Positions 45,357 to 54,671 of a DNA stretch of 64,000 nucleotides are shown piece after piece. Position 1 is the first letter of the stretch. Every line of letters starts with the position of its first letter. This DNA is from a virus. Lineage: Duplodnaviria; Caudoviricetes. Location of the stretch: positions 1-64,000 of the IMG/VR virus record IMGVR_UViG_2706794555_000001; one strand, 5' to 3'. The notes below the pieces were generated by a model. It was not told the origin of the DNA. It saw only the letters and a program-made list of their open reading frames with translations, and did not search any database. Position numbers and translations under genes: made by a program.

Positions 45357-45716
45357 ATGACCGAGTTGATCCATTTCAAGGCGCCCAGTGGCCATGTCAT
45401 CGCGATGACGCTCCCGCTGCACTCGACCATCGAGCAGCAGTGGGAGCACGGCGACCTGCAGCGGGTCGCCGAGGACGGCAGCCCGTGGGTCGAGGCAGTC
45501 GAAGTGGCCGAGGTGGTCGAGGGGCCCTCTGGGGCTCCGGCCGGCGACGTTGAGGCCCCGGTGCGCCCGAAGGCCGCTGCGAAGATCGCAGAGTGGCAGG
45601 AGTTCGCCGTCGCGATCGGCGCCTGCACCGCGGACGAGGCGGCAGGCCTGACGAAGGCGCAGCTCGTGGAGCTGACGACTCCGCCGGAGATGCAGCCGCC
45701 CGTCCCGGAGGTGTGA
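45357..45716 (+). CDS. Hypothetical virion-region protein
   Basis: RP..AAKIAEW...LTKAQLVE helix-extension-helix-like C-terminus. Confidence 0.7.
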   Translation: MTELIHFKAPSGHVIAMTLPLHSTIEQQWEHGDLQRVAEDGSPWVEAVEVAEVVEGPSGAPAGDVEAPVRPKAAAKIAEWQEFAVAIGACTADEAAGLTKAQLVELTTPPEMQPPVPEV

Positions 45717-45719
45717 CAG

Positions 45720-46457
45720 GTGACCGTCCCCTACAGCAGTGACCTGTACAAGGCTGTCCTGCCGGGTGGGGCGGTCACCTTCCAGGTGATGTTCGAGACG
45801 TTCTACGCGTCGGGGCTGCCGCAGGCCGTGACGGGCGTCACGATCACCATCACGGCCAACGGCAGTAGCACGCCGGTCCTGGGGCCGACGTCCGTGGGGG
45901 TTGTCGCTGCGGGCAACTCCAACTTCAGCTACGAGTGGCTTCCAGCGGCCACGGTGCCGCCGGGCGACTATGCGGTGCTGTGGTCGGCCACCGGGACGGC
46001 GGGGGCGGTCACCTACGCGCAGGCCGTGACCGTGTCGGCGTTCCCGGCGACGCTGCCCGCGCCGGGCGTTTATGCGAGCGCCGCCCAGTACCGGGACTGG
46101 TCTGCGGACATGTTCACCCCGGACGACCTTGTGACGGTCGCTCTGCGCCGTGCCACGGAGGTCATCGACCGGGTCCTGGTCGCCGCGGTGTATGCCACCG
46201 ATGCGGACGGCATGCCCATCGACGCGGGTGTCGTGAACGTGTTCATGCGGGCGACGTCGGCTCAGGCGCAGTTCATCCTCGCAAACAACGACTTCGCGAA
46301 CGTGAAGTCGCAGTACTCCAGCACGTCGATGGGCGGCGTCTCGCAGACGCGTGCCGCGTCGGCGCAGAACCAGATGTTCCCTCCGCTCGCACCTCAGGCC
46401 GCGGCGATCCTCCAGGTTGCCGGCGTGCTGCCGTCCGCTCCGCTGATCAACTGGTAG
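45720..46457 (+). CDS. Head-tail adaptor with N-terminal Ig-like domain
   Basis: YASAAQY...LRRATEVID...RATSAQA; position in operon. Confidence 0.7.
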   Translation: MTVPYSSDLYKAVLPGGAVTFQVMFETFYASGLPQAVTGVTITITANGSSTPVLGPTSVGVVAAGNSNFSYEWLPAATVPPGDYAVLWSATGTAGAVTYAQAVTVSAFPATLPAPGVYASAAQYRDWSADMFTPDDLVTVALRRATEVIDRVLVAAVYATDADGMPIDAGVVNVFMRATSAQAQFILANNDFANVKSQYSSTSMGGVSQTRAASAQNQMFPPLAPQAAAILQVAGVLPSAPLINW

Positions 46458-46467
46458 GTGCGCTGTG

Positions 46468-46821
46468 ATGCAGATGGCGAACACCCGGCTGACGATCATG
46501 CGCGGTACGCAGGCGAACGCCTACGGCGACCTGTCGGACGTCGGCACCGTGCTCTACGAGCGGGTCCCGGCGGGGGTCGTGGAGTCCTCGAAGCAGGTCT
46601 TCGACCCGGCGACGCAGACTCCGCGCACGGTCCGCACCTCGACCGCAGTCGTCGCGGGATGGGTCGATGTCCTCACCTCGGACACGATCATGGACGAGTC
46701 CACGGGCAACTACTACATGATCAACGACATCCAGTTGCAGCCCACCGGCCCCACGGGCATCACCCCCGACAAGCTCCTCACGCTGCGGTGGCGCTCCGGC
46801 GTCACACCCGGCTCCGACTAG
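46468..46821 (+). CDS. Head closure/stopper protein
   Basis: RGTQANAYGD; position in operon. Confidence 0.65.
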   Translation: MQMANTRLTIMRGTQANAYGDLSDVGTVLYERVPAGVVESSKQVFDPATQTPRTVRTSTAVVAGWVDVLTSDTIMDESTGNYYMINDIQLQPTGPTGITPDKLLTLRWRSGVTPGSD

Positions 46822-46831
46822 GAGGCCATCC

Positions 46832-47209
46832 ATGGCGACCCGCGTGGAGGTCGACGACGACTGGCGCGAGAACGTCGACGCCGCCATCGAAGAGTTCTTC
46901 GAGACGCGCCTCGGTCCGGACATCGCCACCGACGCCCGCCGCTACTGCCCCGAACGCACCGGCGACCTGCGGGAATCCATCGAGAGCCACGTCGAAGGCG
47001 GCAACCTCATCGTGTCCGCGACGGGCAGCGAAGAGAAGTCCTACGCCTACTACGTGGAGATGGGCACCCACGCCCACGTGATCGAGGCGAGCAACAAGAA
47101 GGCCCTGTTCTGGGCCGGCGCTCTCCACCCTGTCCGCAGGGTCACCATCCCCGACATCGCCGCCCAGCCATTCCTTCGGCCGGCGGTCTACCAGCAACGG
47201 GGCGAGTAG
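46832..47209 (+). CDS. HK97 gp10-like tail completion protein
   Basis: CPERTGDLRESI...YAYYVEMGT...AQPFLRPA. Confidence 0.85.
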   Translation: MATRVEVDDDWRENVDAAIEEFFETRLGPDIATDARRYCPERTGDLRESIESHVEGGNLIVSATGSEEKSYAYYVEMGTHAHVIEASNKKALFWAGALHPVRRVTIPDIAAQPFLRPAVYQQRGE

Positions 47210-47227
47210 TCGGGAGGAGGTGGGCCC

Positions 47228-47728
47228 GTGTCCACTCCTGCGGTGCCGCTTGAGGCGAACGACGAGAACGTGGCCGCTGCGTGGCTGGCGTCGATCACGG
47301 GCCTGTCGGCGGACATGGTGGGCACGGTGCTGCCGCCGGACGTCAACGCGGACGGCTCGGTGGCGTCGTGGATCGAGACGGGGTTTGTGACCGTCGCGGT
47401 CGTGGGCGGCAACCCGGACCCGATGCTGCCCGTGTCGCGCCCGGTGGTGCAGGTCGACTGCTGGGCGACGACTCCAGGCAGTAACAAGCCGCCCTGGAAC
47501 CAGGCCCTAGCCCTGTCGCGCGCCGTGCTGCGGGCCACGTGGGACCGGTACCGGATCCCGCGCCCGCTGACGCCGGTCGTCAACGGCGTGGCCTACCCGC
47601 TGGCCGTGGTGCAGTCCGCGACGGTCGCCACGGCGTTCCGGCGCATGTACGACGACCAGGCCGACTACGCCCGGGTGACGGGCGACGTACAGCTGTCGTG
47701 GGTGATGGCCCACGACACCCTCCCCTGA
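47228..47728 (+). CDS. Tail terminator protein
   Basis: PVVQVDCWA...KPPWNQA; position in operon. Confidence 0.7.
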   Translation: MSTPAVPLEANDENVAAAWLASITGLSADMVGTVLPPDVNADGSVASWIETGFVTVAVVGGNPDPMLPVSRPVVQVDCWATTPGSNKPPWNQALALSRAVLRATWDRYRIPRPLTPVVNGVAYPLAVVQSATVATAFRRMYDDQADYARVTGDVQLSWVMAHDTLP

Positions 47729-47741
47729 CAAGGAACTGCCC

Positions 47742-47897
47742 ATGCCCATGGTCAAAGTGACTCTCTTCCAGGAGCCGATCGAGGTGCCCGACGACGAGGT
47801 TCCGGTGCTCCGCGCGCAGGGCCTCCTCGTTGAGGAGCCCGCCGAGACGCCCGCCAAGGCCGTCAAGGCCCAGCCCAGGAAGGACGAGCAGCAGTGA
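47742..47897 (+). CDS. Small hypothetical protein
   Basis: AAGGA RBS; IEVPDDEVPVLRAQGLL. Confidence 0.65.
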   Translation: MPMVKVTLFQEPIEVPDDEVPVLRAQGLLVEEPAETPAKAVKAQPRKDEQQ

Positions 47898-48259
47898 CTC
47901 TTCTGTCCCTGAATGCCACGCCGCAGCCGCGGACCGGATCGGCCGCGCCGGTGAACCTCACCGCCCTGCTGGCCGCCGGAACCCTCGGATCCAACACCGG
48001 GGTGTCGTTCGTCAACACCGGCCGCGAGGTGCTGCTCGTCAACGTCACCTCCGGCGGGTCGACGTGCTCGGTCGCGATCGGCACCACCATCGAAGGCCAG
48101 GCGGTGAGTCCACTCACGCCAGTGCTGACATCGTCGGCGATCAACGCGATCGGGCCGTTCCCGGCCGACGAGAACCAGCCCGGGGGCCTGATCCAGGTCA
48201 CGTTCGGCACGACCGCGAACGTGACCTGCGCCCTGCTGCAGAACACCGGCGTCCTCTAG
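47894..48259 (+). CDS. Beta-rich virion protein, probable paralogue of 44904
   Basis: Shares IGPF...GG.L/I pattern; GTGA coupling. Confidence 0.6.
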   Translation: MTLLSLNATPQPRTGSAAPVNLTALLAAGTLGSNTGVSFVNTGREVLLVNVTSGGSTCSVAIGTTIEGQAVSPLTPVLTSSAINAIGPFPADENQPGGLIQVTFGTTANVTCALLQNTGVL

Positions 48260-48283
48260 CGGTCCCCGCAACGCCAAACCGTC

Positions 48284-48306
48284 GCCCGCCATGTGCGGGC
48301 TTTTTT
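48284..48306 (+). terminator. Rho-independent terminator before the tail tube gene
   Basis: GCCCGC-CATGT-GCGGGC-TTTTTT. Confidence 0.8.
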
Positions 48307-48354
48307 CATGCCCGCGCCCGGCCTTGGGCGCCCTGACCCAAGGAGACGATTCCG

Positions 48355-48945
48355 ATTTCGGTCAATGCAGGCAATCTCGTCATGGGGCCGGCGCGGCTCT
48401 ATGTCGCCCCGTTCGGTTCCGCGGAGCCGCTGGACTCGGCGGTGACGCCGAACGGCACGGTCACGCCTCCGTCGTCTCCGTGGACCGATGTGGGCGGCAC
48501 TGACGGCGGTACCACGTACGAGGTCGACAACACGTACACGGCGCTGCAGGTCGACCAGATCATCATGGAGGTCGGTGCGCGCCTGACGGAGATGAAGTTC
48601 TCCGTGACCACGAAGCTGAGCGAGATGACGCTGGCGAACCTGAACACGGCGCTGAACAACATCGCGACGGTGGCCACGAACTCCGGGTACTCGACGATGG
48701 ACATCAACGTCGGGTCGTCAGCGTCGCAGCCCACCTATGCGGCGCTGATCATCGACGGGTGGGCGCCGATGCTGTCCACCGGCGCTCCGGCGCTGCGCCG
48801 CGTCATCGTCCGCAAGGTCCTGTCGCAGGTCAAGGCGACTCTGGCGTTCGACAAGAAGACCCAGCAGAGCATCGACTGCACTTTTCAGGCATATTTCGTC
48901 AGCAGCAGCATCGCACCGGTGCACATCGCCGACCAAACGAGCTGA
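48355..48945 (+). CDS. Major tail tube protein (probable ATT start; first ATG at 48382)
   Basis: NLVMGPARLY...WTDVGGTDGG...VDQ...EMTLANL; AAGGAG RBS 9 nt before in-frame ATT. Confidence 0.85.
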   Translation: MSVNAGNLVMGPARLYVAPFGSAEPLDSAVTPNGTVTPPSSPWTDVGGTDGGTTYEVDNTYTALQVDQIIMEVGARLTEMKFSVTTKLSEMTLANLNTALNNIATVATNSGYSTMDINVGSSASQPTYAALIIDGWAPMLSTGAPALRRVIVRKVLSQVKATLAFDKKTQQSIDCTFQAYFVSSSIAPVHIADQTS

Positions 48946-49008
48946 TTTCGCAGGTCAGTTGACCTAAGCGCATAACAAATAGGATGTGCTACGGGTAGAA
49001 TTGGGCCT

Positions 49009-49584
49009 ATGGCGAGGCCCAAAAATCCCGAGCACGAATACCTTCCCGACGGTCGCGGACGCCTCAAGGCACATGTCCGAATAGTCTGCGAGTCCTGCAG
49101 CAAAGAAGCCCTTGTCCGCGCAGACGGCAGCAAGCGCTTCTGCTCGAAGAGTTGCTCCACCACAAGGCAGCACCTCGAAGGACGCAGCAGGCAACTGCGC
49201 GGCGAGGAGCACTACGCTTGGAAGGGCTCGGACGCGAAGTACCAAGCCCTTCACCAGCGAGTGAGCCGAGCGCGAGGCCGCGCCGATCGCTGCGAATGGC
49301 GGCCATCGGTCGGCTGCGCAAGTCGCAAGTACGAGTGGTCGCACATTCATGGCACTGACACCGGAAACGTCGCGAACTATCGGTCGCTGTGCAAGACCTG
49401 CCATCAGCGATACGACGGCCAGACCGGGGCGGATCACGCGAATGCGAAGCTGACCGCCGAACAAGTAGCTGAGGTGCGAAGGAGATACGCCGCAGGAGGC
49501 GTGAGCCAGCAGGCTCTCGGCGACGAGTACGGCGTCCACCAGGCCACCATCAGCGCAGTGGTGCTGCGCCAGACGCACCGCTAG
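49009..49584 (+). CDS. Free-standing HNH homing endonuclease with C-terminal HTH
   Basis: CESC, FCSKSC, ALHQRV..RG, EWSH...NYRSLCKTCHQRYD; NAKLT-HTH; own promoter TAGAAT-N7-ATG; lower GC. Confidence 0.85.
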   Translation: MARPKNPEHEYLPDGRGRLKAHVRIVCESCSKEALVRADGSKRFCSKSCSTTRQHLEGRSRQLRGEEHYAWKGSDAKYQALHQRVSRARGRADRCEWRPSVGCASRKYEWSHIHGTDTGNVANYRSLCKTCHQRYDGQTGADHANAKLTAEQVAEVRRRYAAGGVSQQALGDEYGVHQATISAVVLRQTHR

Positions 49585-49592
49585 CCACACCT

Positions 49593-49627
49593 CGGAAGCC
49601 CGGCACTCCCCGAGTGCCGGGCTTCCG
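49593..49627 (+). terminator. Hairpin after the HNH gene
   Basis: 16-bp perfect stem CGGAAGCCCGGCACTC/GAGTGCCGGGCTTCCG. Confidence 0.7.
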
Positions 49628-49666
49628 CATGTCCACCCTCACTCTCACACCCTCGGAGTATCACCC

Positions 49667-50068
49667 ATGGCTGCACGGGTCACGGCCCCCACCAAGAAGA
49701 CCGCTGCGAAGAAGGCTCCTCCCGTGGTTGCGCTGCCTGCGCGCACCGCGGCGGGGGTTCCGTTCGAGCCGCTGCGACTGTCCTCGGCGGAAGCGGAGCC
49801 GCAGGAGACCGTCGACCTGTTCGAGATCGACGACGTCATGTACTCGGTGCCGCGCAAGCCGCGCGCGAACATCGCCCTGCAGTACCTCGACGCGGCGGAG
49901 CGCCTCGGCCCGGCCGCGGCGGACCTGTTCCTGCTGCGGGCGATGCTCGGCGAGGACGGCTACACGGCGCTGAGCCACTGCGAGTCCCTCACGCAGGAGC
50001 ATGTGGCGTGGGTGCTGGAGACCGTTCAGGGTCTGACGTTGGGGACGATCGAGGCCCCAAAAGCCTGA
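49667..50068 (+). CDS. Tail assembly chaperone (G)
   Basis: Between tail tube and tape measure; ends at slippery C CCA AAA. Confidence 0.85.
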   Translation: MAARVTAPTKKTAAKKAPPVVALPARTAAGVPFEPLRLSSAEAEPQETVDLFEIDDVMYSVPRKPRANIALQYLDAAERLGPAAADLFLLRAMLGEDGYTALSHCESLTQEHVAWVLETVQGLTLGTIEAPKA

Positions 50069-50388
50069 TGGTCGGCAGTGACCGCTGGCATCAGTTGCGG
50101 TGGGTGGTGCACTGCCTGGACGACATCGCCTCGGACATGTCGGTGTTCCATCGCGTCGACGACATCACGGCGCTGGACGGTCCGACGCTGATGCGCCTGG
50201 CGTGGCGGCTGCCCGCCTACGAGGGCGCGATGCGGTCCCGGGTGATGGCCGAGCAGGAAGAGAACCCGTCGCCGTCACCGCAGGGTCGGGTCTCGGCGCC
50301 GCGGGGTGAGAGCCGTGAGTGGAACCCGGGAACGCAGGCCACGTTGCAGGCCGACCCGGCACTCAAGGGCATTTTCAGCTTCAACTGA
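50056..50388 (+). CDS. Tail assembly chaperone extension (GT) via programmed -1 frameshift
   Basis: CCCAAAA at 50056-50062; -1 frame open to 50388 with RLPAYEGAMR motif. Confidence 0.8.
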   Translation, partial: PKSLMVGSDRWHQLRWVVHCLDDIASDMSVFHRVDDITALDGPTLMRLAWRLPAYEGAMRSRVMAEQEENPSPSPQGRVSAPRGESREWNPGTQATLQADPALKGIFSFN

Positions 50389-50428
50389 TCGGGCTTGCGC
50401 CCCCTGGTGTGGTCGGAGGTGACTTCCG

Positions 50429-53400
50429 ATCCCCGAAGGTTTCCGCGTCGCAAAAGCTTGGGTGGAGGTCACTCCGGACACGGAGGGCTTCAAGGAGAAG
50501 GTCCAGGCCGCGGTCGACGAGGCGCTGGCCGGGGTGCGCGGGCGTGCCCGCGTGGACCTGGACACCGCCGCGTTCGACGCCAAGCTCGACGACGCGAAGG
50601 CGCGCCTGGACGAGTTCGGCGGCGACCGGTCCGAGGCGTCGCTGCACCTGAACAGCGAGCAGTTGTCGGCCGCGGCCGACGAGGCGCACGAGAAGCTCGA
50701 CGAGCTCGACTCCCGGTCCGCGCGGCCCGATGTGGCTCTCGGGACCGATGACCTCGACGCGAAACTCGACGAGGCCCGCGAGAGGATCCAGGAGCTCGAC
50801 GCCGAACACGCCCGCCCCGACGTCACCCTGAACACGGGCGAGTTCGACGCCAAACTCGACGAGGCCAGGGCCCGACTTGCCGCCCTGAACGAGGACTCCG
50901 CCTCACCGCGGGTCTACGCGCGCGACGCCCAGGGCCGCTTCGCCGGCGGGGGCAGCGGGGAGGGCGAAGGCGGCGTCGGCCGGTCCTACCTGCGGGACAG
51001 CCGCGGCCGGTTCATCGGCGCCGGCGGTCACGGCGAGGAGCCCGCCGCGGAGCCGGCAGAGGAGCGGGCCAGCCGGTTCCGTGCCCTGCTCGGCGGTGTC
51101 ACCCGCCGCCTGCAGGGCGCCGGCGACCAGGGCGGCCAGTTCCTGAGCAGTGCCGGCGGCGGTGTCATGTCGTTCCTGGGCGAGCACGCCCTGGGCGCCA
51201 GCCTGACCGCGGGCGTCACCGCTCTGGCGCCGGGCATCGCCGGTGCGGGCATGGGCCTGGGTCTGCTCGGTGGCGCGGGGATCCTGGGCCTCGGCGGGAT
51301 CGGCGAGGCCGTGTCGGCGGCGCACCAGGCGTCGATGAACATCGGCATGACGCCGCAGCAGAAAGCCGCGACGCAGTTCTCGAACCAGGTCGCGGTCCAG
51401 CAGGCGCAGAACCAGGTCGGCCAGGCGCACATGCAGGCCGCCCAGGACGCGATCACGTCGGCGGAGTCCATCGAGTCCGCGGAGATGAACCTCGCCTCGA
51501 CGGAGCGGAACGCCGCCGAGCAGCAGGTCCAGGCGTTGCAGTCGGTGCGGCAGGCCCAGCAGGGCGTCGAGGAGGCCAACTACGGGCTGTCGGAGGCGCA
51601 GTACAACCTGACGCAGGCGTGGGAGACCGCGCGGGAGCAGATCCGGCAGCTCAACGACCAGCTCGCGGACTCGAAGCTGAACGTGCAACAGGCACAGTTG
51701 GCGATCAAGCAGGCCATCTACCAGCAGCGCCTGGTCGACCAGAACGCCTATTCGACGCTGCTGGACCGCCAGCAGGCGTCCCTGGCTGTGGCGCAGGCCC
51801 AGCAGCAGCTCACCGACGCGCAGGACCAGCAGACCGCGGCGCAGTACAAGGCGAACCTGGTCAACAAGGAGGGCGTTGCCGGGCAGCAGACCGTCATCCA
51901 GGCCAAGCAGGGCGTCACGGCGGCGCAGTACCAGCAGCTCGACGCGCAGGCGCAGTATGCGGATGCGCAGCGGCAGTTGACGCTGACGGAGCTGAACAAC
52001 GCCTCGCAGGTCAAGCAGGCGCAGATGCAGTTGTCGGCGGCGCAGGAGCAGGCAGCGTTCCAGCGGCGCATGGATGCGCGGACCGTTGCGATCGCCGAGC
52101 AGAACGTGTCGAACACCATCAAGGAGCAGCAGCTCCAGTGGGCTGCGACGATGTCGACGGAGAACCAGGCCGCGCTGCTGTTCCAGAAGGACATGTCGCG
52201 CCTGACCCCGGCGGCGCGCGCGGTGGTCGAGCAGATCCTGTCGATGCGTACCGCCTTTCATGCGATGGCGGGGGTGGCGCAGAACGCGATCGCGCCGGGC
52301 GTGTCGCTGATGCTTACGGGCCTGATGGCGGGCATGCCGAAGCTGACCCAGGGTGTGGGCCAGGTCGGCAATGTGATCTCGGGGGTGTTCGCGAAGGTCG
52401 GCCGGTCGCTGCAGTCCGCGTCTGGGGCCAAGGTGTTGGACGGGCTGGTCGCCAACGGCGTCCGGTTCGCTCAGATCGTTGTGCCCGCTCTGACGGGGTT
52501 CGTGGGGGCGCTTGCGAAGGTCGGTTCGCAGAAGGGCGCGGTCGACGGGCTCGCGAACCTGATCGGCGGACTGGCCGGCGGTCTGACGAACGTCGTCACC
52601 GCGGTCGCCCCGTTCACCAGTTCCTTGTCGCTGCTGGGCACGGTCCTGGGTAAGGCCTTGGGGCCGGTCGGAACACTGCTGGGCGGTGTCGTCGGGCAGC
52701 TCGCGAAGACCCTGGCTCCGCTGCTGGTGCAGCTCCTGCCGTCCTTCCGGATGCTGGTCGGCCTGCTGGGCGCGCAGCTCACGCAGGCGCTCCAGGAGGC
52801 GGCTCCGGCGCTGGTCCAGCTGGTCACCGTGGCGGTGCAACTGCTGCCCGCGGTGACGCCGCTGGTCAGCATCTTCGGCTCCGGGCTGGCGGGCGCGCTG
52901 CGGGTGGTGAGCGCTGTCCTGCAGGGCCTGAACACCTTCCTGGCCGCGAACATCAGCTGGGTGCGCCCGCTGGCGTCGATCGTGCTGGGGATCATCGCCG
53001 CGATGAAGATCTGGACGATCGTGCAGGGCGCGTTCAACCTGGTCATGGACGCCAATCCGATCTCGATCGTGGCACTGGCGATCGCGGCCCTGGTCGGCGG
53101 AGTGGTCTACGCCTACGGGCACTTCACGTGGTTCCGCCAGGGCGTGCAGGCCGCGTTCTCCGCGATCTCGGCTGAGGCGCTGTTCCTGTGGCACAACGTG
53201 TTCGACCCCATGTGGCACGGCATCGAAGCGGGGGCGTCCTGGCTGTACAACAACGGGATCAAGCTGTACTTCGAGATGATCCGCCAGGAGTTCACGGTCC
53301 TGGAGTCCGTGGCCCTGTGGATGTGGCACAACGTCTTCGATCCGCTGTGGCACGGGATCGTGGCCGGCGCGTCCGGGTTCGTTTCGATGTTCAAGACGAT

Positions 53401-54604
53401 CTGGTCGTCCCTGGAGACCACGTTCAAGACGCCCGTAAACTTCTTGATCAACACCGTCTACAAGGGTGGCATCGAGGCCCTGTGGAACAAGGTCGTCGGC
53501 GCCGTGGGCCTGAGCAGCCTCAACCTGCCTGACATCACGCCCCTGGCCGCCGGCGGTGTTCTTCCCGGGTACGCGCCGGGGCGCGACTCCGTCCCCGCGG
53601 TGCTGTCGCCGGGTGAAGGCGTCCTGGTGCCCGAGGCGGTCCGGGCCATCGGCCCGGGTACCGTCAACGCCCTCAACGCGAAGTACGGCGGCGGACGCGG
53701 GTCCGGCGGCGGCCACTACTCCGGCGGCGGTATCGCTGGTCTGGCCGGGTCGATCTGGCACGGCGTCACCTCGGCGGCGAGCAAGGCCGTCGACATGGCG
53801 AAGATCACTGCTGCACTGGCGACGGGCAACACCACGGCGCTCAGCAACGCGCTGACTGCCCTGGTGGGCACCAATGCGGTCGGCAACTACGCCAAGATGA
53901 TGCTCGGGGTGCCGACGACGCTGATCGGCCACCTGACCAAGGCCATCGTGTCGATGTTCACCGGCAGCAGTGGCGGCTCCGGCGGCACGTCCACCCCGTC
54001 CACGCCATCTGGAACCGTTGCACAGTGGTTCCAGCAGGCCGTCCAGCTCACCGGTGTGGGGGCCGGGTGGCTGCCGGACCTGGAGACGATCGGGCACTAC
54101 GAGTCGGGCGACAACCCCAACGCGATCAACAACACCGACTCCAACGCCATGGCCGGGGATCCGTCCCGCGGCGTCATGCAGACGATCATGTCGACGTTCC
54201 AGGCCTACCACCAGGCCGGAACCAGCAGCAACATCTTCGACCCGGTCGCGAACATCGCGGCGGCGATCAACTACATCAAGTCGCGATACGGGACGGTCGG
54301 CAACGTGCCCGGCATCCGCTCCCTCGCCTCCGGGGGCAGCTACGTCGGGTACGACTCCGGCGGCTGGCTCATGCCGGATTCGATGCCCGTCAACCATCTC
54401 GGGAAGCCCGAGGCGGTCCTCACCCCGCAGGAGTCCGCGGCGTTCGTCGCCATCGTGCGCCAGCTCACCTCCCAGGGTGTCGGGGCCAGCGGGCTGGGAC
54501 GAGGGGTCAACGTCGTACAGAATTTCAATGGCACGATGTGGCCCAATCCCGAACAGCAGGCCGCAATGCGTCGTGACCTTGCACTCGCATTGGGTGGGGC
54601 CTGA
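50429..54604 (+). CDS. Tape measure protein with C-terminal lytic transglycosylase domain (probable ATC start; first GTG at 50462)
   Basis: About 1390 aa, Ala/Gln-rich helical repeats; ESGDNPNAIN..DSNA...RGVMQTI..TF...DPVANIAAAINY. Confidence 0.93.
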   Translation: MPEGFRVAKAWVEVTPDTEGFKEKVQAAVDEALAGVRGRARVDLDTAAFDAKLDDAKARLDEFGGDRSEASLHLNSEQLSAAADEAHEKLDELDSRSARPDVALGTDDLDAKLDEARERIQELDAEHARPDVTLNTGEFDAKLDEARARLAALNEDSASPRVYARDAQGRFAGGGSGEGEGGVGRSYLRDSRGRFIGAGGHGEEPAAEPAEERASRFRALLGGVTRRLQGAGDQGGQFLSSAGGGVMSFLGEHALGASLTAGVTALAPGIAGAGMGLGLLGGAGILGLGGIGEAVSAAHQASMNIGMTPQQKAATQFSNQVAVQQAQNQVGQAHMQAAQDAITSAESIESAEMNLASTERNAAEQQVQALQSVRQAQQGVEEANYGLSEAQYNLTQAWETAREQIRQLNDQLADSKLNVQQAQLAIKQAIYQQRLVDQNAYSTLLDRQQASLAVAQAQQQLTDAQDQQTAAQYKANLVNKEGVAGQQTVIQAKQGVTAAQYQQLDAQAQYADAQRQLTLTELNNASQVKQAQMQLSAAQEQAAFQRRMDARTVAIAEQNVSNTIKEQQLQWAATMSTENQAALLFQKDMSRLTPAARAVVEQILSMRTAFHAMAGVAQNAIAPGVSLMLTGLMAGMPKLTQGVGQVGNVISGVFAKVGRSLQSASGAKVLDGLVANGVRFAQIVVPALTGFVGALAKVGSQKGAVDGLANLIGGLAGGLTNVVTAVAPFTSSLSLLGTVLGKALGPVGTLLGGVVGQLAKTLAPLLVQLLPSFRMLVGLLGAQLTQALQEAAPALVQLVTVAVQLLPAVTPLVSIFGSGLAGALRVVSAVLQGLNTFLAANISWVRPLASIVLGIIAAMKIWTIVQGAFNLVMDANPISIVALAIAALVGGVVYAYGHFTWFRQGVQAAFSAISAEALFLWHNVFDPMWHGIEAGASWLYNNGIKLYFEMIRQEFTVLESVALWMWHNVFDPLWHGIVAGASGFVSMFKTIWSSLETTFKTPVNFLINTVYKGGIEALWNKVVGAVGLSSLNLPDITPLAAGGVLPGYAPGRDSVPAVLSPGEGVLVPEAVRAIGPGTVNALNAKYGGGRGSGGGHYSGGGIAGLAGSIWHGVTSAASKAVDMAKITAALATGNTTALSNALTALVGTNAVGNYAKMMLGVPTTLIGHLTKAIVSMFTGSSGGSGGTSTPSTPSGTVAQWFQQAVQLTGVGAGWLPDLETIGHYESGDNPNAINNTDSNAMAGDPSRGVMQTIMSTFQAYHQAGTSSNIFDPVANIAAAINYIKSRYGTVGNVPGIRSLASGGSYVGYDSGGWLMPDSMPVNHLGKPEAVLTPQESAAFVAIVRQLTSQGVGASGLGRGVNVVQNFNGTMWPNPEQQAAMRRDLALALGGA

Positions 54605-54671
54605 CCCTCCCGGCGCCGTGGCCGCCCTCGTTTCCCTGACCGTGATCCATGGGTGAGACGGAGGTGATCGC

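Noticed and set aside
15493-48957. GCAGGTCA/TGACCTGC octamer at several junctions (15493, 19506, 31106, 43717, 48950)
   Set aside because: Also occurs inside coding regions; enrichment cannot be shown without a k-mer test.
50560-50890. DNA repeats of about 90 bp (DAKLDEA) in the tape measure N-terminus
   Set aside because: Explained by protein helical repeats.
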